A stretch of 64,000 nucleotides of DNA from Candidatus Aerophobota bacterium (lineage in GTDB: Bacteria; Aerophobota; Aerophobia; Aerophobales; JAGGXI01). Location of the stretch: contig JAGGXI010000014.1 of the NCBI GenBank assembly GCA_021163155.1, positions 2,539-66,538 on the forward strand, written 5' to 3'. The stretch's first letter is position 1. The number at the start of each line of letters is the position of its first letter. Made by a program: the position numbers and the translations under genes. The notes beneath the pieces were generated by a model. That model made no database searches. It had not been told where the DNA came from and was given only the letters and a program-made list of their open reading frames with translations. Positions 40,714 through 48,570 of the stretch are shown here, in pieces.

Positions 40714-42405
40714 ATGATGCCTTTAAGAAAAATAGGAAGAACATATCGACATTTTAAACGTTACCGTCAAATTTTGAAGGTGCTGGTAAAATACGGTTTT
40801 GGTGATGTAATGGAACGTCTTCGTCTTAACCGCTATGTTGAGGTAGGTAAGAAAATTATTCGTTTAAATAAAAAGAGAGATACGGATATAAAAAGATTTA
40901 GCCGTGTAGAGAGAATTCGTATGGCATTGGAAGAACTTGGCCCCACCTTTATTAAATTAGGACAGTTCTTAAGTGTTAGACCAGACCTGGTTCCCTTAGA
41001 GTTAACAAAAGAACTAAAAAAACTTCAGGATAACGTTCCCGCTCTCCCTTTTGCAGAAGTTAAAAAAGGAGTCGAAGAGGAATTTAAAACTTCCCTTGAA
41101 ACGAATTTTTCCTTTTTTGACACGAAGCCTTTTGCTGCTGCTTCAATTGCACAGGTTCATTTAGCTAAACTATTGGATAGACGGGAGGTTGCAGTTAAAA
41201 TTCGCCGACCGGGAATCAAAGAAATAATAAATACAGATTTAGAGATTATGCTTCATCTGGCAAATATTATAGAAAAACATTATCCAGAAAGTGAATTTTA
41301 TGATCCGGTAGGAATAGTCAGAGAACTTTCTCGGTCAATTAAAAAGGAATTGGACTTTACTTATGAGTCTCGGAATATTAAAAAGTTTGCTCAAAATTTT
41401 AAAGATGACAAAATTATTTATGTTCCTATGGTTATAGAAAAGTTATCTACAGAAAAGGTGCTTACATTAGAGTATGTTAAGGGGATTAAAGTATCGGATT
41501 ATGATAAATTAGAATCAGCAGGATTAAACAGAAAAATTATTGCTCGTAATGGGGCTACTTTAATTCTTAAACAGATATTTGATTATGGTTTCTTTCACGG
41601 TGACCCCCATCCTGGTAATATTCTTATTTTGGAAAACAATGTAATCTGTTTCCTTGACTTTGGGATAATGGGTCGATTAAGTGAAGAGATGAAAAACAAT
41701 TTTGCCAACATGATTATGGGTATTATTCAAAAAGATACTAATATTATTATAACGACTATTGAAATAATCTGCAACGGTGATATTCAAGATAGAGAAGAAT
41801 TAAGGGAAGAAATTGATGAATTCATAGATTATTATTATGGAATCTCCCTGGGAGAAATAAACTTTGGTAAATTATTAAATGAATTAATAGAAGCAGTAAT
41901 TCGACATAAACTAAAGATACCGTCAAATTTTTTTTTAATGGAAAAGGCGTTAATTACAGTAGAAGGTTTGGGCAAAGGGTTAGACCCTGACTTTAATATG
42001 GTTAGTCTACTTCGTCCTTTTACTCAAAAGCTGATAAGCAAGAAATTGAGTTTACTGCAAATGGTGGAAGATACCCTTAAGCTTATTCCGGAGTTATCTC
42101 AATTATTAAAAGAAATACCAACTGAGACAAGAGAAATACTTCAAAAGTTGAAAACAGGCAAGCTAAAAGTAGAATTTGAACATAAAGGTTTAAAACCAAT
42201 GTTATCTACAGGAGATAAGATTAGCAATCGACTCTCCTTTAGTATTGTTATAGCCGCTTTAATTATTGGTTCTTCGCTTATCGTTAACTCAAAGATGGGT
42301 CCTCTGCTCTGGGGGTTCCCTGCAGTAGGCATTATTGGATTCCTTGCTGCCGGAGTTTTTGGTTTATATCTGATTATTGCTATTTTAAGGTCAGGGCGAC
42401 TTTAA
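40714..42405 (+). CDS. ubiB: UbiB/ABC1-family atypical kinase
   Basis: 563-aa ORF. ABC1 kinase-like motifs (AAASIAQVH, VAVKIRRPGI, HGDPHPGN, DFG) and two C-terminal TM helices. Confidence 0.9.
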   Translation: MMPLRKIGRTYRHFKRYRQILKVLVKYGFGDVMERLRLNRYVEVGKKIIRLNKKRDTDIKRFSRVERIRMALEELGPTFIKLGQFLSVRPDLVPLELTKELKKLQDNVPALPFAEVKKGVEEEFKTSLETNFSFFDTKPFAAASIAQVHLAKLLDRREVAVKIRRPGIKEIINTDLEIMLHLANIIEKHYPESEFYDPVGIVRELSRSIKKELDFTYESRNIKKFAQNFKDDKIIYVPMVIEKLSTEKVLTLEYVKGIKVSDYDKLESAGLNRKIIARNGATLILKQIFDYGFFHGDPHPGNILILENNVICFLDFGIMGRLSEEMKNNFANMIMGIIQKDTNIIITTIEIICNGDIQDREELREEIDEFIDYYYGISLGEINFGKLLNELIEAVIRHKLKIPSNFFLMEKALITVEGLGKGLDPDFNMVSLLRPFTQKLISKKLSLLQMVEDTLKLIPELSQLLKEIPTETREILQKLKTGKLKVEFEHKGLKPMLSTGDKISNRLSFSIVIAALIIGSSLIVNSKMGPLLWGFPAVGIIGFLAAGVFGLYLIIAILRSGRL

Positions 42406-42954
42406 GAGGGAACTATTCCATATCTTCTTAAAATAATTTTGTAGTTCTTTAGCTACCTCCCTTGATTTGATAATGACAGAAACTTCATTGTTCTGAGTAA
42501 GGGAATAGTAGGCCCAATTAGTGCTTCCGACGACACTTATGTTGCTATCAATAATGAGCATTTTTGAGTGGGTGGTGATAAATGGAAAATCGTAAACTAC
42601 GCTTATCCCTTTTTCAGATAAAATACGTCCGACTTTCTCGTTCTTCTTTGTAGGGCTCCATTTTGGATTTCCTTTTTCAAGAATTACCTCTACCTTAACT
42701 CCCCTTTGATGAGCGTTTATTAAGTCTTGGATAAGGATATTACTGGGACTATCCGGGTATTTTTCGTAATAACACGCTTTAAACATCATCACTTGAATGG
42801 AATCCTTAGCTTCTCTTAAAATTTGGTGAATGCGAGGGAAATACTCCTCATTTGTAATTACTTCTAGATCCTGTACCGGAAGGCAAAACGCAGCTGAAGC
42901 AAAAAAGAGAATGAAAAGCAATACTAAGCTAACGGGAATTAGTTTTTTAAGCAT
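42391..42954 (-). CDS. Secreted phospholipase-D/Nuc-family (HKD) protein
   Basis: 187-aa ORF with a signal peptide and the HKD motif HSKMLIIDSNISVVGSTNW. Convergent with ubiB, overlapping by 15 nt. Confidence 0.8.
   Translation of the reverse strand: MLKKLIPVSLVLLFILFFASAAFCLPVQDLEVITNEEYFPRIHQILREAKDSIQVMMFKACYYEKYPDSPSNILIQDLINAHQRGVKVEVILEKGNPKWSPTKKNEKVGRILSEKGISVVYDFPFITTHSKMLIIDSNISVVGSTNWAYYSLTQNNEVSVIIKSREVAKELQNYFKKIWNSSLLKSP
42395..42487. repeat. 92-bp direct repeat, copy 1 (native 3' end of the PLD-like gene); copy 2 at 46335-46427
   Basis: agagggaactattccatatcttcttaaaataattttgtagttctt.a.ctacctc.c..gatttgataatgacagaaacttcattg. About 95% identical to 46335-46427. Confidence 0.8.
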
Positions 42955-43212
42955 TTTTCCCTCCTTGAGATTATAGTAACATCAAAGTATTTTAGTGAAA
43001 TTGGCCTGCCTTCTTTTGTTTTCCTCTCATAATTTTCCCGGGAAGTATAGTTAAATTTACTACACATCACATCTTCTAATAGTTCTCTTCAAATTATCAT
43101 CCCCTTTAATAATCTGGGATTACTTTTTTTTGAGAAGATAGACTTGCCTGGGATGTGTTTTTTAGAATATTTCCAAAAGCTTTATATCCCTCTATCATCT
43201 TTTTTTGTCTCT

Positions 43213-43560
43213 CTTCCTGTTAACTATTTGCGTTCCCAATCGTTGTTCAGCTGCTTTTAAAATAGCCTCCAGCATTTCAGCATAGAACATTCCTGCTATT
43301 TTTGCCATCTTTACAAGGTGGCCATCCCAGCACCAGCCCGGATTTGGATTTACCTCTAAAAGTTTAGGGTTACCTTTACCATCGAGTCTCCAGTCGAAGT
43401 GAGCATAATCCCGCCACTCAAGCCTCTCGAATAATTTAAAACACCATTCTACGATGGATTTCTTTATTTCCTCTGAAAGATTAGCTTGAATGGATTTAAT
43501 ATTCCAATAAGCTGAATCAGGAAGCCACTTAGATTCATAACCACAGATTCTTGGTAAAAA
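43213..43560 (-). pseudogene. Orphan C-terminal fragment of a D-Ala-D-Ala-ligase-like ATP-grasp gene
   Basis: Reverse-strand translation gives ...SIVEWCFKLFERLEWRDYAHFDWRLDGKGNPKLLEVNPNPGWCWDGHLVKMAKIAGMFYAEMLEAILKAAEQRL. This matches the Ddl C-terminus (aRvDfrld..g.pyllEvNtlPGmT...s..p..a.a.G.sy..Li..il). It has no start and is preceded by multiple stops (43560-43720). Confidence 0.55.
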
Positions 43561-43711
43561 TGCTCTGGAAGCGTTGAATAATCTGTCTCAATGACAGGGA
43601 TCGCTCTCTGCAGGCAAAATTTCTTTTGTCTATCCATTAGGACTATCTGAAGTTATAATCATTTTAGGAGAACTTAGAGAAACCCTTTCGGGATTAGTAT
43701 CTCCCCCAAGA

Positions 43712-44530
43712 TTAGCTTTTAAATAATGCCTTTTTTTCTTCATTGTGAGGACTTGCTTTATTAATATCCCTTCTTTCATGACTTCTATATAATAATATGG
43801 GCTCGAGATATCTGATAAGTATCTCCACCCAATTTTCAATGTGCTTTATTCCAGCAGGCATGTCATTTATATCTATAAAATACCACTTTTCTTCAGATTT
43901 TATACAATCTATTCCCCCCACTTCCATTTTTATCTTTTCAAAACACCTTGAAACTAGCTCTATTATTTTCCTGGGGACTATTGTCTCCCTATGCCCATTA
44001 ATATCTAAAAATGCCTTATAGAATCTTCCGATTTTGTAGATCCTTATAAGCTCGCCATCGACATATTCCTGCAGATAAATTTTATCTTCATTTACTTTTA
44101 TGAGATCATCACTGGCATTCATAATTTCTATTCCAGAAGACCTACCATATATTGGCTTTAATAATGCCGGGAAATTAAAATTCTTCAATGAATTTATCTC
44201 TCTTTTTGATATAAATAGTGTCTTAGGAATCTCCAACCCGATTTTTTTTATAATCAAATTAGAAAGTAGTTTATTTGAACTTATACTTAAAGCGCGGAAA
44301 GAATTTACTACCCGGATCCCACGCTCTTCAAAGAACTGAACTAAATATAACCATTTTGGATTAAGTAATCTTACTATCACCAGGTCATAATCCTCTTCAA
44401 TCTTTGAAAGATTATTTGTATCAATTATCTCTGTTTTTATATTTTCCTCTGAAAAATAATCCATTAACGGTTTTATAAGAGAAGTATTTGGGTTGGAAGT
44501 TAGGAATGCTATTTTCATTTTTATCTCCAC
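43712..44530 (-). CDS. ATP-grasp-domain protein (RimK/Ddl-like ligase), substrate unknown
   Basis: 272-aa ORF. ATP-grasp organisation with C-terminal GGIDCIKSEEKWYFIDINDMPAG (Mg/ATP-binding loop). Its start overlaps the upstream gene by 10 nt, forming an operon. Confidence 0.7.
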   Translation of the reverse strand: MEIKMKIAFLTSNPNTSLIKPLMDYFSEENIKTEIIDTNNLSKIEEDYDLVIVRLLNPKWLYLVQFFEERGIRVVNSFRALSISSNKLLSNLIIKKIGLEIPKTLFISKREINSLKNFNFPALLKPIYGRSSGIEIMNASDDLIKVNEDKIYLQEYVDGELIRIYKIGRFYKAFLDINGHRETIVPRKIIELVSRCFEKIKMEVGGIDCIKSEEKWYFIDINDMPAGIKHIENWVEILIRYLEPILLYRSHERRDINKASPHNEEKKALFKS

Positions 44531-45912
44531 ATAGGCGTTCTCGGAGTTAACTTATCAGTCCGATATAAATGTAAAATCGTCCTTGAACAATAAAATATAG
44601 CACTGATTAATGACCATATAAATATTGTAACCAATGACCAGAAAGGTATATTTAGCAAAACACCTATTAAGATGAAAATTATGTAACTATTCTTTCTACC
44701 GTCAAATTTTCTAAATAGTTGTTCGGTTCGTTCATAATCTGGTAATGGATGTCCCTTTATTGCTTTCTCAAATGCCTGTTCGCAATAATGAGAAAAACTA
44801 TCAAACAGGATTACAAATGTGCACAGCAAAATCGCTGATATCCCATAAGCTTCTGATAGGCATATGGCTAAGGCGATATACCATGAATGCTCAAATAGAA
44901 AATCGAAGGCGTGCTCCATTTCTCCAATATTTGAAGAGGCTATTTTCACTCTTGAGAGTTTTCCGTCCACACCATCCATAAATGAAACAATGAAGGTGAG
45001 AAGGGAAGCAAACAATAAGTATCCTTTAAGAAATAAAAATGTGGATGTATAAGCAATTACATTTGTTAGTATAGTAACCTGGTTTGGTGTAATCCGCGTA
45101 TTTGCCAATCTACTCACAATAAAGTTTTCTATTGGCTTATTTACATAGGTTGCAAGCAAGTCATTTCTTCCTTTGCAAGCATTCTCAATCAAAAGCTTTT
45201 TTGCTTTGATTAAATCTTTCTTTGTATCAATATCTATCCAAAAAGGTTTGATCTCCTTCCGCATGCTCGGGATATAGCTGTTAATTTGCGTGATATCGAA
45301 AACTTGGGCATCTCTGTTCTTTGCCGCCTTATCAATGCCATCTGCAAGTTCGGTTTTGCCTTCCTTTGCTGCCTCTTCAACATAAGAAAGTATTTTTGGC
45401 GAGCATAAGAAGATACCAGTGTCTATGCAATTTGATTCCTCTACGTTCTTGCCTATATTAACAATCTTTCCCCTCTTTTCCATAACTTTCGTATCCCCCG
45501 GTGACGGTTCTCTTCTGTCAACTGCTAAAATAACAGAACTTCTTATATCATAATCAACAAGTTCTTTCAGGATGCGGTAATCGAATATATGGTCTGCCAT
45601 CAACAACACAAAATTTTCATTCAACAATTCTTTAGCCTTTAAAACAGAAATCCCATTTCCTCTCTTCCATTCTCTATTTTCAATATAAGTTATCTTTACA
45701 CCTAACCTTTCTCCATCTCCCAGTTTTGCTATTATTTTATTCCCGAGATAGCCGACAACAACCACAAATTCATTAATACCAGATTGCTTTGCTGTTCGCA
45801 CTATCCTTTCAATTAAAGACAAACCCGAAAGTTGAGCCAGGGGCTTAGGTTTATCTTTAGTTAGACTTTCAAGTCTGCCACCTTTCCCAGCAGCAATTAT
45901 TAAGGCTTTCAT
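44521..45912 (-). CDS. Bifunctional nucleotidyltransferase / CDP-alcohol phosphatidyltransferase (IPCT/DIPPS-like)
   Basis: 463-aa ORF. N-terminal sugar-phosphate nucleotidyltransferase fold (MKALIIAAGKGGRLESLTKDKPKPL). C-terminal multi-TM CDP-OH phosphotransferase domain with DGVDGKLSR...G...D (the DGxxAR...G...D signature). Confidence 0.75.
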   Translation of the reverse strand: MKALIIAAGKGGRLESLTKDKPKPLAQLSGLSLIERIVRTAKQSGINEFVVVVGYLGNKIIAKLGDGERLGVKITYIENREWKRGNGISVLKAKELLNENFVLLMADHIFDYRILKELVDYDIRSSVILAVDRREPSPGDTKVMEKRGKIVNIGKNVEESNCIDTGIFLCSPKILSYVEEAAKEGKTELADGIDKAAKNRDAQVFDITQINSYIPSMRKEIKPFWIDIDTKKDLIKAKKLLIENACKGRNDLLATYVNKPIENFIVSRLANTRITPNQVTILTNVIAYTSTFLFLKGYLLFASLLTFIVSFMDGVDGKLSRVKIASSNIGEMEHAFDFLFEHSWYIALAICLSEAYGISAILLCTFVILFDSFSHYCEQAFEKAIKGHPLPDYERTEQLFRKFDGRKNSYIIFILIGVLLNIPFWSLVTIFIWSLISAIFYCSRTILHLYRTDKLTPRTPMWR

Positions 45913-46334
45913 ATTTATTCCTCTTATAGGTTCTTCTTCCCCTTCTTCTTCTTCTCTTTCTCTGCCATATTAACTTGTTTCCTTTGTGTTGCTTCCTATG
46001 CAAAGCTAAGAGAGACTTTTAGAAAGTATGTAGAATTTATATTAAGTTTTAAAAAAGTCAAGAGGGGGCGTGTCAAATTATTTAAGGTGTTTTATTTATT
46101 ATAATTTAAGGTATCAATTTTCCCTTGAAAGATTACCTTAAACCATTTATGATTCCACATTACAGAGATTAAAAATTTTAGAGGTAAAGGGTAGAGAAGA
46201 TATCTGATGATCCGGTATGTTTTTGGTTAGTTTGAAAGAAGAAAAGAAGTATGGATAGAGAATTATGTAATATATAACAAAAATCCAATGTCTTTCCGGA
46301 TGCCAATTTCTATTCATGAAGTTGGATTTCATAA

Positions 46335-46427
46335 AGCAAGAGGGAACTATTCCATATCTTCTTAAAATAATTTTGTAGTTCTTCAACTACCTCTCTCGAT
46401 TTGATAATGACAGAAACTTCATTGAGG
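46335..46427. repeat. 92-bp direct repeat, copy 2 (ectopic duplicate of the PLD-like 3' end)
   Basis: Near-identical to 42395-42487. Encodes ...NEVSVIIKSREVVEELQNYFKKIWNSSLL within the spurious ORF 46310-46507. Confidence 0.8.
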
Positions 46428-46831
46428 TTTTCCCGGTATTTCCACTCTTGGAGCAGCAAGGTAAGCTCCAGCACAAATCCCAATGTAGCCTCCTCCATTA
46501 GCCACAAACTTTCGAATCATCTCAAATCCTTTCTTATCCAAACCACTCACAGCCCTTTTTGTATAACCACCGGGAATGATTAATACCGAATAGTTTTTTA
46601 AATTTCCTTTTTTAAAATCACCTTCATTTACTCTACTATAAGAGATTTCTAATTCATCAAGAGCAAATCAACATCTTTTGCTAACTCTGCCCCAGAGCCA
46701 ATATAAAGACATACCTCAATTTTTTCGACCTTTTTAGGATATATTCTGTATCCAATCATGATTGATAGACCCAAAATACCAATGAAAATTATAAGAAACT
46801 TTGAAAAAGGAGATGATTCTATTTTTCTCAT
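46425..46831 (-). pseudogene. Secreted GATase1-like (class-I glutamine-amidotransferase fold) gene, frameshifted and 3'-truncated at the repeat junction
   Basis: MRKIESSPFSKFLIIFIGILGLSIMIGY... (signal peptide) ...GAELAKDVDLL, then a 1-nt frame slip, then DELEISYSRVNEGDFKKGNLKNYSVLIIPGGYTKRAVSGLDKKGFEMIRKFVANGGGYIGICAGAYLAAPRVEIPGKPQ*. The stop falls exactly at the boundary of repeat copy 2. The catalytic Cys of GICAG is present and the downstream His/Glu region is absent. Confidence 0.5.
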
Positions 46832-46886
46832 TAATCTAATATAAATGCGCTATGTTTTTTAAAAAAATGGAAATAATACTTTCAAG

Positions 46887-47093
46887 TCATTTTAAGCTTT
46901 CATCTATTGTTCCATCAGGCAGAATATAATCAGGAGATACATATCCTTCCTCTTCAAATCTCTTTTTTCTAATGCAATCCTTACCACCATTCCAACAGTA
47001 TTTTTCCACCCATTTTTTATCCAATTTCCCCTGGTCATAAGCTCTCTTAATAGCGGAGGTTTCGTTATACCATTTACAAAATTTTTTTTTCAT
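46887..47093 (-). CDS. Small Cys-containing hypothetical protein
   Basis: 68-aa ORF (C6, C33, C40; WNGGKDC). No recognisable family. Same strand and tight spacing with the next two small genes. Confidence 0.4.
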   Translation of the reverse strand: MKKKFCKWYNETSAIKRAYDQGKLDKKWVEKYCWNGGKDCIRKKRFEEEGYVSPDYILPDGTIDESLK

Positions 47094-47141
47094 TTTTTCT
47101 CATATCACTTCTTCTTTTTTGTTCATTTTTGGCATTTCTAT

Positions 47142-47336
47142 TTAGCCTTTTTCTTTAAATATTTTATTAGCTTTGTTGACCGCTTTACAGAACCTTTCCC
47201 ATTCATCAAACTTGAAAGCACAACTTGCCGATACATCAGCAGAGGCAATGTACAGACCTATTTCTTCACCTTCAAGCTCACAGCCTATAGATAAAAACTC
47301 CCCAATTTTTGTTTGTGGTAATAACTCTTTTTTCAA
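47142..47336 (-). CDS. Small acidic hypothetical protein
   Basis: 64-aa ORF. No recognisable motif. Confidence 0.35.
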   Translation of the reverse strand: MKKELLPQTKIGEFLSIGCELEGEEIGLYIASADVSASCAFKFDEWERFCKAVNKANKIFKEKG

Positions 47337-47349
47337 TTCTTACTCCTTT

Positions 47350-47508
47350 CAGAAAGGAAACTTCCAAACTTTTCTTACAAGTTTTCTGCCGATAACCTTA
47401 TTTTTTGCCCTTCTTGCTATTTTCTTAGGATCACCGCTTGAGAGTTTCTCTACATCATTTGCCATTCTCGCTAATTGATAGAGAAAGCTAACACTTTTAG
47501 ACATAGCA
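47350..47508 (-). CDS. Small basic hypothetical protein (52 aa)
   Basis: Reverse-strand MSKSVSFLYQLARMANDVEKLSSGDPKKIARRAKNKVIGRKLVRKVWKFPF*, preceded by a strong SD (AGGGAGG). Below the ORF-track cut-off. Confidence 0.4.
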
Positions 47509-47598
47509 GCCTCCCTTTAATTTCCTGTAGTTATACTAATTTTTAACTCCTCATATTCCAAAACAAAGGTAAAACAAATCTTCTTAAGGTCAGGTTTT

Positions 47599-47911
47599 TC
47601 AATTATGGTAATTACTTACTTTAGTTGATTTAATTATACTTTTTATTATATTATCAAAATCTTTTCGATGAACCACAGCAAAAATATAGACCACAGTATC
47701 CCTAATGTGATAAATAATCCGGTAGTTGCCGAATCTTAGCCGAAACAATGGAATTTTATGGGATATCTTTATTTTTTTAACAGATTTAGCGGTGGGTAAA
47801 GGTGAATTTTCTAGTATTTTGAGTTTTTGTAGCAATTTAATTCTTAAATTGGCTTCAATTTTCCATAAATCTTTTTTTCCAATGTCAGCAATAACTACTT
47901 TAAATTTTGCC
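47599..47911 (-). CDS. RelE/ParE-family toxin
   Basis: LENSPLPTAKSVKKIKISHKIPLFRLRFGNYRIIYHIRDTVVYIFAVVHRKD fits the RelE/ParE consensus. Probable TTG start at 47911 overlapping the antitoxin stop; the ORF track extends to 47934. Confidence 0.75.
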
Positions 47912-48172
47912 AATCTCTTCCTCTGTTTCAGCAATCAACTTGTCAATGTCCGTAGTTTTCCCTTCAAGAGATTCTTTGTAAGCTTTTTTAAGTTTTTCTT
48001 TGAATTTAGGATGATTTAAAAAAATGTAATCCTCTATTTCATCTTGAGTGATTCTTCGAATAACAGCCCGAGGTTTACCCCGATAGGTTATGAAGACATG
48101 TTCCCCTTTATCTGTTTTTTGTAAAATCTTGGCTGTATTTAGCCTAAGCTCTCTTACATTAACAAAAGCCAT
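47900..48172 (-). CDS. Phd/YefM-family antitoxin
   Basis: 90-aa ORF. MAFVNVRELRLNTAKILQKTDKGEHVFITYRGKPRAVI is the classic Phd/YefM N-terminus. Confidence 0.75.
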   Translation of the reverse strand: MAFVNVRELRLNTAKILQKTDKGEHVFITYRGKPRAVIRRITQDEIEDYIFLNHPKFKEKLKKAYKESLEGKTTDIDKLIAETEEEIGKI

Positions 48173-48263
48173 TTTCGCCCCCTTTTTAGAAGTTTTGTTT
48201 CCTTTTTGTGTTACATTATACTTTTAAAATTGAAATTGTCAACCAACTTTTGCACGAAAAAAA

Positions 48264-48330
48264 TGGTAGCCGCAAGGCTCAGAGCCTGCGTAAAACAGCG
48301 CAACCTTACTTTACCGATCAATCTTGATAG
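48264..48330 (+). repeat. Partial copy of the MITE-like family-1 element
   Basis: ggtagccgcaaggctcagagcctgcg...ccttactttaccgatcaatc. Shares the 5' hairpin arm and the ccttaccgatcaa segment with copies A and B. Confidence 0.5.
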
Positions 48331-48570
48331 TGCAAGGATAACTACAGCTTAAATGTGATATTTGTGATTTTGAAATTAATCTTTCTCTTCTTACATAGAT
48401 CGTTATTAATGCAAACATTACGGATTGCAAGATATTCTAAAAATCTAATAAGATGAGTTTCTTACAAAAGTTGGCTCTCAATTAAAATAAATATCCCGTA
48501 TTTTTTCAAGATAAAATATTGTATTTTTATTAATATTATCGGTAAAATAGAGAAAAACTTTAAAATTTAA

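Noticed and set aside
46310-46507. ORF 46310-46507 (65 aa) as a real PLD-like paralogue.
   Set aside because: It exists only because it reads through the duplicated 92-bp PLD 3' fragment. It lacks the HKD motif and is a duplication artefact.
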